Shown piece by piece: positions 8,596 to 17,611 of a DNA stretch of 59,715 nucleotides. The stretch's first letter is position 1; each line of letters starts with the position of its first letter. The stretch lies in IMG/VR virus record IMGVR_UViG_3300033067_002245, positions 1 to 59,715 of that record. One strand, given 5' to 3'. The position numbers were made by a program, and so were the translations under genes. This DNA comes from a virus (Duplodnaviria; Caudoviricetes). The notes below the pieces were generated by a model. It made no database searches. It was not told where the DNA came from and saw only the letters and a list, made by a program, of their open reading frames with translations.

Positions 8596-8910
8596 TTAAT
8601 TGGTTGATAATGGATTAAATTTTACTTCTTTCTTTTTACATCCTTTTTGAATATTGGCACGAATTATTATTTTTTCCTTATTCTCCAATTCAAATATTCT
8701 TTCAGTAGGTATAAATTTCAACTCAAATAGAATTCTAATAGCTTTATATTTATATTGATCGTTGTTACCATACTGAAAAGGTATTACCCAAATTTTTTCT
8801 TTTTTCGTTCCGATGTCGGTCGTTACACTGCCGGAGAAATAGCGGTTACCATTAATTCTATCAAACCATTCACGAGCGTGTATATCTATTGTTTTAATTT
8901 TTGTTTTCAT
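8596..8910 (-). CDS. Hypothetical protein, paralog of 6061..6357
   Basis: Shared leader and motifs. Confidence 0.8.
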   Translation of the reverse strand: MKTKIKTIDIHAREWFDRINGNRYFSGSVTTDIGTKKEKIWVIPFQYGNNDQYKYKAIRILFELKFIPTERIFELENKEKIIIRANIQKGCKKKEVKFNPLSTN

Positions 8911-8937
8911 TTGTTGCCTCCTTTGTTTTAGTTGTTT

Positions 8938-9141
8938 TTATTTTAAAAATATTTTAGGTATTATAAAACTATTTGCTTGTTTTTTTGTTATTTCTCCATC
9001 TTTATATAAAGAACCAATATAGTTGTTGTATGCTTCAGCTCTAAGTGGTTTATCTGTAAAGCCGCCATGCTCTAATACTTTAATTAACGGGAGTATCTCC
9101 GTTTTAAAAAACTCATCGACTTGTTTTTTTGTTTTTTTCAT
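8938..9141 (-). CDS. Hypothetical early protein
   Basis: Shared leader. Confidence 0.75.
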   Translation of the reverse strand: MKKTKKQVDEFFKTEILPLIKVLEHGGFTDKPLRAEAYNNYIGSLYKDGEITKKQANSFIIPKIFLK

Positions 9142-9241
9142 AGTGTTGCCTCCTTTGTTTTAATTGTTATTTAACTTAGTAATATAGCCAGTATCAGACA
9201 AGCGATACACATTTCAATTGTGTAGTCCCGTTTCATGATAA

Positions 9242-9391
9242 TTAGCTCAGTGATATAAATGCGATTAGTAGAGCGGTAGCCATTACAATAAATACTACCT
9301 TGTTTGTGTCGAAATCAATTTGATCCTTAAAAGATCTTTTTTTCTTCGTTAAGCTAATAGCTTGTTGAAGTTGTAGAACAGTTTGTTTCAT
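9242..9391 (-). CDS. Small membrane peptide (49 aa)
   Basis: MKQTVLQ...VVFIVMATALLIAFISLS, C-terminal hydrophobic helix. Confidence 0.4.
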   Translation of the reverse strand: MKQTVLQLQQAISLTKKKRSFKDQIDFDTNKVVFIVMATALLIAFISLS

Positions 9392-9663
9392 CGGTCGATT
9401 TTTTTTAAGTTTTTGTTGACTTTGTTGTAATTATGATTTACTTTTACAGCTCGTTCTTTAAAAAGACTTTTTAAAAATCTCCCACTATCTAATTTAGATA
9501 ATATTAATTGAAATATTGGGAGGGAATCTTTAAAAAGAACTTGTTGTTATTTCTTTTACAATGATAGGGCAAAAAATAATCGTTCCGACATGATTTTTTA
9601 AAGCCTTGTAAAATTAATAGTTAACTGCTTGATAATGAGTAAATAAATTTTCATATCAGCAGC

Positions 9664-9686
9664 TAATTTAGAATCATTCTAAGGAA
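9664..9686. promoter_or_regulatory. Degenerate copy of Fur/PerR-like palindrome
   Basis: TAATTTAGAATCATTCTAAGGAA upstream of the early gene cluster. Confidence 0.55.
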
Positions 9687-10602
9687 AAAAAAGGCACTTT
9701 GTTACAAAAAAATAACGAATTACAGAGAGTTGGAAGTCGTTATTTGAAAATAACAAGTGAGTCATAACAACGGTTTCGCCGGTATCTCAATAATGCCGCG
9801 GGAAACAAGCCAAACAACAGCTTAATTTAATGTTGTTACAATATATTAGAGGTGATAAGATCACTAAATAAGACGGGATTTGTGGTAGGGGTTTGAATAG
9901 GATTCACCTGGTAGCACACAAACATTTGGTACGCGCATGATCTCTTTTGTATATTGAATAAAGGCTTTACCGCCTGCCTATAAAACCAGTGCAACTACGA
10001 TAGTAGTGTATGTATGGGATTACATCACACATGCGATTAAATCGCATCTCTTTAAATGTAGCAGGGTCTTTTCGGATTTGTTGCCCACTACAGCCATGAT
10101 AGCCCGATATACCAGCTGACGAATTACAGCCATTAAATCATTCTTTGGTAGAGATCACTCATTCTTCTTATCCCTTATGTAAATTATCGTTCTTTTCATT
10201 TGATTATACTTCTTACACATAAGGGGGTAAGGGGGATTTGTGACCTCTACCAATCCAACCCTCCAAAACCGCTTCGGAATTGTCAGACCTTCCCGAAGTA
10301 AAGAAGATCAATAAAATTAACCTCAATAACCTTATCCCCACCGAAATATCCATTATCCCCAGAAATCACAATCATCTGATTATATTATCACATATACATA
10401 GATAACAACCATTATCTATACATATTCATAAAATATACATAGATAACCCCTAAAAATAGGGTGGAACACCCTAAACTCACGCCCGGCCAAAACTTTTTTT
10501 TACATATTTGCTCAAGATACAAATATTTGACGTATATTTGTATCCACTTCAACGCCAATCCTTGGCCAAAGAGTTTTTAAAGAACAGAGCAAAAGATCAG
10601 GT

Positions 10603-10932
10603 TTATCCCTGGTCTTTTTGCTTTCTATACCTTATCTCATCCTCCTCAACCTTTCGCATTATCTCTGATAAATGAAATTGATTGTTCTTGTCCCTCTTTA
10701 AATTAGGAATATTCCTTTGTAATGAATAAAATAATTCCAACGCCGTTATATTAAATAATCCAGCTAATTTTACAATATCGCCCATTCTCATTAAATAAGG
10801 ATTATCAATATATTCCCTCATTGTTTTCGGAACACAATTTAAAGCCCTGCAAAGATCAATCATTGATAATTGGTTGTTTTTACTATGCGTTGCTATTGGA
10901 TGCCTCTGATCCATTATGTCAAGTTTCTTCAT
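10603..10932 (-). CDS. XRE/Cro-like HTH regulator
   Basis: LSMIDLCRALNCVPKTMREY...DIVKLAGLFNIT pattern. Confidence 0.6.
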   Translation of the reverse strand: MKKLDIMDQRHPIATHSKNNQLSMIDLCRALNCVPKTMREYIDNPYLMRMGDIVKLAGLFNITALELFYSLQRNIPNLKRDKNNQFHLSEIMRKVEEDEIRYRKQKDQG

Positions 10933-11493
10933 TATATTAAATTAAAGTAATATAAAATTAAACCATATTGGCCATATATACAAGAAATTCCAAGGGGAGC
11001 TGCTTATTTGGTTATTATTGGCCATTATTATACGATAAATGACATTTTATAGGCTGTTTTAGTGTTAAATATGTAATTTGCCATAGTGTCAGCGGACCTT
11101 TTCCCTTAGATAGACACAACAACCTCATTGTGTACATGATTTTAAGCCTCTGAAACACTTGCTATCGTTGAAATTAGTTGTTTTCCATCTTTCTATCCCA
11201 AAATTAGTTAATTCAAAATAAGTCAAAAAAAACTGTTTTCGAGGCCACCCGGTCCGCAAAAATCACTTTCCTTTTTCGAGCCTAGCCCCCCCGATCTATG
11301 GGGTAGCCTCTCTAAAAAATATACGCAATATTTTTTTTTAAATAAGTCTGTATAGGCTGTTTATGTTGTGGTATAGGTAATTATCTGGTAATTCCGGATA
11401 GTTGGGGTTATGGGGATCTGATTTTCTGTAAATTATTTTCTAACAATTGTTTGTTAATATGTAAGATATTGACTTATTTTCGGGAAAAATCAA

Positions 11494-11937
11494 ATGGATA
11501 TGATGAAATTAGATAGAATACAGGTACAGGCGTTAATAGAGTATCATAGGAAGGAGATACGGGATATAGAGGAGAAGATAAGGGCATTGGAGGGGTATAT
11601 GGGAGGTGTGAGTGTTGAGGAGGTGGCTGAGGTGCGGGTAAGTGTGAGGCCGGTAGAGGAGATGTTTAATCCGAGGCGGATGGTAATGGATATGTTGGAG
11701 AGGGAGTGGAGGTTTTTGAAGACGGTTGATTTTGTGAGGGAGGCTGAGGAGGGGTGGAAGCAGAGGAATACGGTGGAATTTAGGAGGCAGATGTCTAATA
11801 TGTTGGCGGGATTGAAGGTGGCTGGGAAGTTGGTAAATTATGAGGGGATAGATAGGCTGGAGAGGTATTGGGGGTTACCGGGTTGGTTTGATGCAGAAGA
11901 TAAACCTTTAGAAAAATATAAAATAATCGATTTTTAG
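11494..11937 (+). CDS. Hypothetical protein, extremely G-rich/C-poor gene
   Basis: 147-aa ORF with N-terminal coiled coil, followed by a terminator. Confidence 0.65.
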   Translation: MDMMKLDRIQVQALIEYHRKEIRDIEEKIRALEGYMGGVSVEEVAEVRVSVRPVEEMFNPRRMVMDMLEREWRFLKTVDFVREAEEGWKQRNTVEFRRQMSNMLAGLKVAGKLVNYEGIDRLERYWGLPGWFDAEDKPLEKYKIIDF

Positions 11938-11944
11938 AAATAAA

Positions 11945-11987
11945 AAAAACACATCTGTGTTGATTGGCGTCGAGCAGATGTGTTTTT
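11945..11987. terminator. Bidirectional intrinsic terminator
   Basis: AAAAACACATCTG...CAGATGTGTTTTT. Confidence 0.7.
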
Positions 11988-11998
11988 AACTTTATTAC

Positions 11999-12067
11999 GG
12001 GGAATCCGCTGGTGCGGTGAGTGGCCCTTGACAGTTCGCTCAAAGAGTTCGAGTCTCTTATTCTCCA
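11999..12067 (+). ncRNA. Non-canonical tRNA-like RNA with G3:U70
   Basis: Acceptor GGGGAAT/ATTCTCC, mini D-arm CCGC-TGGT-GCGG, long central arm with CTTGACA loop, T-arm AAGAG-TTCGAGT-CTCTT. Confidence 0.55.
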
Positions 12068-12071
12068 CAAA

Positions 12072-12135
12072 TACTTACCACAAAGGTAAGTAAATTTTTA
12101 ATATATACAAAATTTACCTACCTTTGTGGTAAGTA
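12072..12135. promoter_or_regulatory. 64-bp palindrome containing two outward-facing TACCTTTG elements
   Basis: 27-nt arms (26/27 match), 10-nt spacer; TACCTTTG on + at 12119-12126 and on - at 12088-12081. Confidence 0.75.
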
Positions 12136-12141
12136 ATAAAA

Positions 12142-12217
12142 TGGTACTCCTGATAGGAATCGAACCTATATCGCGCATTTCGACAAAAAGCTGCTTTATC
12201 CGTTAAGCTACAGGAGC
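12142..12217 (-). tRNA. tRNA, anticodon GTC (Asp) on an Arg-like body, CCA encoded
   Basis: 76-nt cloverleaf: GCTCCTG acceptor, GCTT-AACGGATA-AAGC D-arm, loop TTGTCGA with a U-U stem mismatch, ATAGG-TTCGATT-CCTAT, ACCA end. Confidence 0.75.
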
Positions 12218-12225
12218 GGTACTTC

Positions 12226-12269
12226 AAAACACATTTGATCCGGTGTCCAAACTAAATCAAATGTGTTTT
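12226..12269. terminator. Bidirectional intrinsic terminator
   Basis: AAAACACATTTGAT...ATCAAATGTGTTTT, similar to the 11945-11987 hairpin. Confidence 0.7.
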
Positions 12270-12291
12270 TTATTTCACTTTAAATTCTTCC

Positions 12292-12314
12292 TTACGTAGA
12301 ATGAATCTAAATAA
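12292..12314. promoter_or_regulatory. Degenerate copy of Fur/PerR-like palindrome
   Basis: Minus strand TTATTTAGATTCATTCTACGTAA. Confidence 0.45.
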
Positions 12315-12342
12315 AAACCCTTTAAAATCAATATTTACATAG

Positions 12343-12801
12343 CTAATAATATCTAATGTTCTGAGGGGATAAGTACCGAATATTAAGTTGTTTCATAAGT
12401 TTTTTTAGTTCGGAGATGTTTCGTATTGTTCCTTGAAAGAAAGTGTCTAAGGATTCATGGATACATCCGTTGTCTATTATAATCTCTTTTGAATCAGTAA
12501 AAAAATATAAAAACAAATCTGTTTTTTTTATTGTGAAATTTATTGAATTAGGGCTAGTTGATTGTTTGGTCCATCCGCAGCTTTCGATGTCTTCTCGGTC
12601 GAGGTATTTGACTCTGTAATTGTTTATTATATACTCAGGATCTTCGTCTTCGATAATATCACCAAGGAGATATTTATCAATTATTTCTTCTCCCCAAACT
12701 AATCTTTCTCCTTTATGAGTGGGATGATCATTGAAATATAGTTTTTCACACTTAAATCCAACATGAAACTCCTCAATTGCGGGGGTATAGTATTCTTTCA
12801 T
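12343..12801 (-). CDS. Hypothetical phage protein
   Basis: YYTPAIEEFHVGF...RVKYLDREDIESCGW...F.GTIRNISELKKLM. Confidence 0.75.
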   Translation of the reverse strand: MKEYYTPAIEEFHVGFKCEKLYFNDHPTHKGERLVWGEEIIDKYLLGDIIEDEDPEYIINNYRVKYLDREDIESCGWTKQSTSPNSINFTIKKTDLFLYFFTDSKEIIIDNGCIHESLDTFFQGTIRNISELKKLMKQLNIRYLSPQNIRYY

Positions 12802-13490
12802 TATGCTGCTTTGTATATAGGATTATTAATAATTTTTTTGATGGTAGAGGCGTAGAATTGTCCGCCTTCTTTTGCTTTGAATTGGTTATCGTTAAGGTAT
12901 TTTGCTATTTTGTTGGGAGCCCATCCATCATTAGATAGGGCGAATATTTTGTCAATAATTTCTTGTTCGGAGGGGTTTGGTACCATTTGTCCGTCTACTA
13001 TGTTAAATCCTAATATTCTTCTGGTATATGCTTTAAGGTTATCTTTTTTATGGTTCAGGACGGCTTTAATACGTTCTCCGGTGTTATCTCTTTCAAATTG
13101 GGCAATGGATATCAGTTGAGTAAATATAAGCTTTCCTATGGCTGTTTTGGTGGTAAATGATGCTCCTCCCATGTCGATGATGTGTAGATCGACGTTTTGT
13201 TCATTCCAGGCGGCAACGGTTATGAGGCCGTCAACGGTGTTACGGAAGAGGCGGTCAGGTTTGATGGCTATGATTGTTTTGGCTTCAGTATTTGCCAGTA
13301 GGTGATTAGCTTTTTTCCCACCGGGGCGTTTATCGAATTCGGTGAATCCGGAAACATCTTCATCGATGATTATTTCAGTGAGGATGATATTTTGGAATTT
13401 GCAATAGCTGTTGATGCGTTCGGTTTGAACGGCTATGGAGTTGGATTGGTCGTCTGTGGAGACGCGGATGTATCCGATTGCTTGTATCAT
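12801..13490 (-). CDS. Serine recombinase (resolvase catalytic domain plus short recombinase DNA-binding domain)
   Basis: YIRVST catalytic Ser, RPG, DRLFR, AQFER, C-terminal IAKYLN...F..STIKKIINNPIY. Confidence 0.9.
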   Translation of the reverse strand: MIQAIGYIRVSTDDQSNSIAVQTERINSYCKFQNIILTEIIIDEDVSGFTEFDKRPGGKKANHLLANTEAKTIIAIKPDRLFRNTVDGLITVAAWNEQNVDLHIIDMGGASFTTKTAIGKLIFTQLISIAQFERDNTGERIKAVLNHKKDNLKAYTRRILGFNIVDGQMVPNPSEQEIIDKIFALSNDGWAPNKIAKYLNDNQFKAKEGGQFYASTIKKIINNPIYKAA

Positions 13491-13807
13491 TTCTTACTGA
13501 TTTTAATTTCGTTAAACGGTGTTTTGATAACAGGAGCCAGGTAAAGAACGCCACCGGTTTTTACCAGGAGTTTCATCTTGTATAGCTTATGCAGGGTCGC
13601 TCTGTACACTTCATGGCTAATTCCTAGTTTTTTGGTGACGTATTTGGATAAAGGCTCTACGTTGGTAATTTGGGCATTTTCTGAGAGGGATATGATCTCT
13701 GAAAGAACTCTTGCCATAGTAGAGGGCTTTGATTTAATCCCAATAGCTATTATAGCCATCAGGATATTAATGTTCTTGGTTTCTATTGTTTTTGATAATG
13801 ACTTCAT
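13487..13807 (-). CDS. Winged-HTH DNA-binding protein
   Basis: KKLGISHEVYRATLHKLYKMKLLVK..GVLYLAP. Confidence 0.55.
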   Translation of the reverse strand: MKSLSKTIETKNINILMAIIAIGIKSKPSTMARVLSEIISLSENAQITNVEPLSKYVTKKLGISHEVYRATLHKLYKMKLLVKTGGVLYLAPVIKTPFNEIKISKK

Positions 13808-13820
13808 AAATGTTATTTAA

Positions 13821-13856
13821 TTATAACGACAAATGTATAACAAATATTCGTTATAA
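13821..13856 (-). promoter_or_regulatory. TACATTTG promoter bracketed by inverted repeat TTATAACGA/TCGTTATAA
   Basis: -7 element at 13837-13830 upstream of wHTH and recombinase genes. Confidence 0.55.
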
Positions 13857-13867
13857 AAAAATAACGC

Positions 13868-14599
13868 TTATAAATTATTTGCTAATTTATATTTAAGCAT
13901 AGCTTCCACTTCGTACTTCATGTATGGGACAGGGATGGCGTAATGGCCTAATAAGTTGTCGGGCGGGAAGAAACGGATGTGTAGGTTGCCTATGGGCCTT
14001 CCTGATAGCTGTTGGTACATATAGGCATATATGCTAAGCTGCAGGGAATAATGATTGTAATTGCAGTTCTGTAAATGCGATAGGGGACCGGTCATATATT
14101 TACCGTATGGGCATTTAAACTGGATACCTTTTGATTTGTTTGTTTTGTAGTCACTAAGGTCCACTACGGATGTCCGGTGAGATGTTGTCTCGGAAAGGCG
14201 ATCTGTGGTACCGGCAATCATGAAGGTTTCACTCCAAAGAACTTTCTCCAGGTGGTTTTTGTGATAGTGGGAGTATTCCTTGGCTACGGATACGATCATA
14301 GGGCGTAAGTGCTCATCTTCGGGTAGAATGATGGTTGACTTCTCGTAGCGCTCTAATGCGTTGTGTATTTTGTTCCCGTGACGTATGCTATCGTCTTTGG
14401 TCTCTTCCCATTCGTCAAGCACTTCTTGTTGGGATATGCCGCGTTTACGAGCGGTAGCCATGGAGATATTTTCCCGATCGAATGGCGGCTTAAACATCTC
14501 CAGGAATCTACTCACCGATAAGTACTCACGACCTTTTTTGTCGAAGTACTTATGGGATATAGGCTCTAATTCAACAAAGTCTAATAGTTCCTGTTTCAT
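13868..14599 (-). CDS. PD-(D/E)XK exonuclease
   Basis: SVS...GNKIHNALE...E...AGTTD...DYKT...YSLQLSIYAY. Confidence 0.8.
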   Translation of the reverse strand: MKQELLDFVELEPISHKYFDKKGREYLSVSRFLEMFKPPFDRENISMATARKRGISQQEVLDEWEETKDDSIRHGNKIHNALERYEKSTIILPEDEHLRPMIVSVAKEYSHYHKNHLEKVLWSETFMIAGTTDRLSETTSHRTSVVDLSDYKTNKSKGIQFKCPYGKYMTGPLSHLQNCNYNHYSLQLSIYAYMYQQLSGRPIGNLHIRFFPPDNLLGHYAIPVPYMKYEVEAMLKYKLANNL

Positions 14600-15499
14600 T
14601 TATTTTCCTTTTGAAAGTAATGGAGCTAATGAGAAGTCATCATCTTTTTCAACGATGGTTACTTTTTCTTTCTTTGCTTTTGGAGCTTTAACTTTTTCCG
14701 GAAGCTTAGCAAGCTCAGAAAGATCTGTTTCGTGAACTTCGGCCGCTTCTAATGATACTTCATCGAATAAAGACTCTTCGTCTACTTCTTCAGCTATTTC
14801 CATTTTGGAAACAACTGCTGGTATTGCTATTGGCCTTGCAATTTCTTTCCCTGTAAATAGTGGTTGAGCTACTTCATTTTCTTCTTCTTCTTCAGAAGTA
14901 TCCTCTTCCACTTCATCATTATGAATAACGATGGATCCCATCTCTTCCAAAATACGTGTTGCTTCTGCTTTTTTCTCAGAAGGGCTCATGTGTTTTACTG
15001 AATCGAAATCGAACTCTTCATTTTTCTTATTGAATTTTAAGATCAATTGTTCATCGGTCATCACTTTGTTTCCGCCCATGTAGGCTTTTGTTTCTGTATA
15101 TATGCCATTCATAATCTTGCATACGGCGCTGAACTCTTTGTATTCTTCTTCAGAAGTAATTAAAGGTGTTACCAGGTTAATTGATTTTGTGCGATCCAGT
15201 ACGGACAATTTACCTGTGATTACAAATCCTTTTTCACCATAGGCAACGCCGGTAACTTCCGTGTAGGTTTTGATTGTTTGAAGGTCCACCGCTTCGGTGT
15301 ATCCGCAAATATCAAGTAGGTGATCTTTTAACCAGGAAAAGCAGTCTTCAAGTTCTTTGTGGATAGGAGCTCTTTTCTTTTTTTGAGTAGGCTCCATGAA
15401 AGCACGGTTCTGATTGATATCCGTTTCGATGTATTTGATAAGTAATCCTTTGGTCCCGCCTTCCAACAATTTTACGGATTCAATGTCAATGTTTTTCAT
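14600..15499 (-). CDS. Hypothetical protein with acidic C-terminal tail
   Basis: 299-aa ORF abutting the nuclease gene. Confidence 0.75.
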   Translation of the reverse strand: MKNIDIESVKLLEGGTKGLLIKYIETDINQNRAFMEPTQKKKRAPIHKELEDCFSWLKDHLLDICGYTEAVDLQTIKTYTEVTGVAYGEKGFVITGKLSVLDRTKSINLVTPLITSEEEYKEFSAVCKIMNGIYTETKAYMGGNKVMTDEQLILKFNKKNEEFDFDSVKHMSPSEKKAEATRILEEMGSIVIHNDEVEEDTSEEEEENEVAQPLFTGKEIARPIAIPAVVSKMEIAEEVDEESLFDEVSLEAAEVHETDLSELAKLPEKVKAPKAKKEKVTIVEKDDDFSLAPLLSKGK

Positions 15500-15765
15500 A
15501 TTCTTTTGTCTTTGTTAGTATCGATTAATTTTCCTAGTTTAATTATGTATGATCGTTTTAAAATTATTTCTCTGATTGCGATATCCATGTAATCTTCGCT
15601 ATTGTCTTTTTTGATTCGGATGAATTCGTTGTTTCTGTGTACGCGTTGTGTTGCTCCGGAATTATACTTAATCCTAACTTCGAGTATTTTGCCATTTAAA
15701 ATCTGATTAAACCTCTTTCTGTCTACAGTTAGTAGTAAGTACACTACCTTCTCAATTCCGTACAT
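15496..15765 (-). CDS. Hypothetical protein, possibly ASCH-like
   Basis: F..I.NGK..EVR pattern. Confidence 0.45.
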   Translation of the reverse strand: MYGIEKVVYLLLTVDRKRFNQILNGKILEVRIKYNSGATQRVHRNNEFIRIKKDNSEDYMDIAIREIILKRSYIIKLGKLIDTNKDKRI

Positions 15766-15961
15766 GTTTCTTGCGTTTTAGTTTATACATAGCGGGCTTA
15801 TTTATAACGAATCCATATTGATCAAGTATTCTGTTAATGGATTTTTGAGATAAAGTGCCCTTTTTATATCGACTTTTATACACATTCATATTAGCTGAAA
15901 GTTGATCTCCTTTAAGGGAGAAAATCTCTTGCAAAGCCTCGTCTTCAGTGTACTTTTTCAT
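15752..15961 (-). CDS. Hypothetical protein
   Basis: Preceded by TACCTTTG on minus strand at 15974-15967. Confidence 0.6.
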   Translation of the reverse strand: MKKYTEDEALQEIFSLKGDQLSANMNVYKSRYKKGTLSQKSINRILDQYGFVINKPAMYKLKRKKHVRN

Positions 15962-16044
15962 AATTTCAAAGGTATGGAATTATTGCAAATCTGTTATTAC
16001 AAAGTTGTTATCTGTTATTAACAAGATATTGTCTGAATGATAAT

Positions 16045-16350
16045 ATGAATTATCTTTGTTCTATGGATAGAGTGCCGGCAAGTAAAATCAGGAAGTTGCA
16101 GTGGGGGATTATTCCTCAGCTGCCTACTCGGATTATTTCGGTGGGGTCTAAGGGTCCAAGTACCGGATATATTGTATGTGAAATACAGGAGGATAAAAAT
16201 ACTTACTATGACCTGGGGTACATTGAATACCTGGTGTATATTAAGAAAGAAAAGGCTGCAGACGATACAAAAATATTGTGGCAACGTTTTGCTAAGATTC
16301 CTGATTCGGTGGAGTATGACCTTGATGGCTCAGAAGAAGTAAATGTGTAG
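16045..16350 (+). CDS. Hypothetical protein, first gene of plus-strand block
   Basis: Start may be ATG 16066, downstream of TATCTTTG at 16051-16058. Confidence 0.65.
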   Translation: MNYLCSMDRVPASKIRKLQWGIIPQLPTRIISVGSKGPSTGYIVCEIQEDKNTYYDLGYIEYLVYIKKEKAADDTKILWQRFAKIPDSVEYDLDGSEEVNV

Positions 16351-16388
16351 TTCGACTACGATTGTAATTTAATATAATGTAATTCATA

Positions 16389-17213
16389 ATGAAAGTAGCT
16401 AAGGATACGTTTTTGATCCATGTTAAGAGCGCAAATAAGTCTACTGGTGTAGTTGGTATTTCTGGCAGCAATCTGGTTGTCGATACTGATTACAATAAGT
16501 TCAAACATTCAACTATGGTTGGGAAGATATACGCCCAATCCATCCAGGTAACATCTCAATATTTATACGACACGCCTTTAAATGTAGGTGATGATGTGGT
16601 ATTTCACCATTTCGTTTGTCAGCCTGATCATAAGATACAGGCGTTTGAGAATGTGTACCGCGCGGAATATTTCCACATATATGCTAAGATTGTTAATGAG
16701 ATGCTAGAGCCTTTAGAGGACGCTATATTTGTTGAGCCTATAAAGGAGAAGGAAGAGGATTTGTTTTGTGGTCTCATTAAGAAAAAGACTCAGGCGGGTT
16801 TGGTTCAACAAAAAGGGATTGTATTTGCCGCTTCGAAGAAAGCCAGAGCCTGGGGAATTCTTCCTGGGGATAAAGTTCACTTTACACGCAATGCTGAGTA
16901 TGAGATAAAGTTCCTTGAAAAGGATTTGTATCGTATGCGTATCAGAAATATATTGTGTGTGGAACGCAATGGTGAGCTGATTTGTTTACAAAACAAGATA
17001 TTGGTAAAGGCTATGGATTATGTTCCGGAGCCCGGTCAATTTAAAGATTCGCCCCTTCAGTTGCAGGGTGAAGTTGTTTGCGTGGGTAAGGAGGTCGCTT
17101 GCGTGGATGTAGGTGATACGATTAATTACTTTACCTCCATTGCTGGAGGAGTTGATATAAATGGAAGCAAATATTATTTTTTAGAACCAAGACACATAAA
17201 TTACATCGTATGA
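16389..17213 (+). CDS. Tandem (three-domain) GroES-like protein
   Basis: Three GroES-like units: MVGKIYA...VGDDVVFHH; PLEDAIFVEP...GIV...PGDKVHF; NKILVK...GEVVCVG...VGDTI. Confidence 0.7.
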   Translation: MKVAKDTFLIHVKSANKSTGVVGISGSNLVVDTDYNKFKHSTMVGKIYAQSIQVTSQYLYDTPLNVGDDVVFHHFVCQPDHKIQAFENVYRAEYFHIYAKIVNEMLEPLEDAIFVEPIKEKEEDLFCGLIKKKTQAGLVQQKGIVFAASKKARAWGILPGDKVHFTRNAEYEIKFLEKDLYRMRIRNILCVERNGELICLQNKILVKAMDYVPEPGQFKDSPLQLQGEVVCVGKEVACVDVGDTINYFTSIAGGVDINGSKYYFLEPRHINYIV

Positions 17214-17611
17214 AAAAATTAATGAATTTATTTACCAGGCTGGTAGAGGCGTTGGAGAAACAAAATACTATTGCTCAGCAAATAAGACACTCTGTTGAGT
17301 TAAATAGAGAGGGCCAGATTACTTTGGGTCAGATTCGATATTTGCTTGATCAGCATGCTTATGCTTTAGCTGTTTCTGTTGGTCAAGCAGAGTATACAGC
17401 TTTTCAAAAAAGAATAGAGTTCTTACAAGAAAAAAAACGATTAGGGCATAAATTAACAAATGCTGAAATTGGGGATATTGAAACGTTTTCAAGCATTTTA
17501 CAGAGAAAATATGCTAATGCTGATCGTCAAAAAGAAGATAAAAAAAAGGAAAGTGGAGAACAAGAAGCATTAAGAAAAGCTTTTAATAAAGAAAGGGGTG
17601 ATGCATGTTAA
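17210..17611 (+). CDS. Hypothetical protein
   Basis: Overlaps both neighbours. Confidence 0.65.
   Translation: MKKLMNLFTRLVEALEKQNTIAQQIRHSVELNREGQITLGQIRYLLDQHAYALAVSVGQAEYTAFQKRIEFLQEKKRLGHKLTNAEIGDIETFSSILQRKYANADRQKEDKKKESGEQEALRKAFNKERGDAC

Larger units (their letters stand above)
6911..9155 (-). repeat. Six copies of leader AAGGAGGCAACA(A/TT/CT)ATG
   Basis: Copies at 6911-6926, 7523-7538, 8085-8100, 8575-8591, 8908-8923, 9139-9155. Confidence 0.92.

Noticed and set aside
5105-10590. boxA-like antitermination motifs (GTTATTTGACA near 5110, GTTCTTTAAAAA near 9454 and 10575)
   Set aside because: Short AT-rich matches without supporting context
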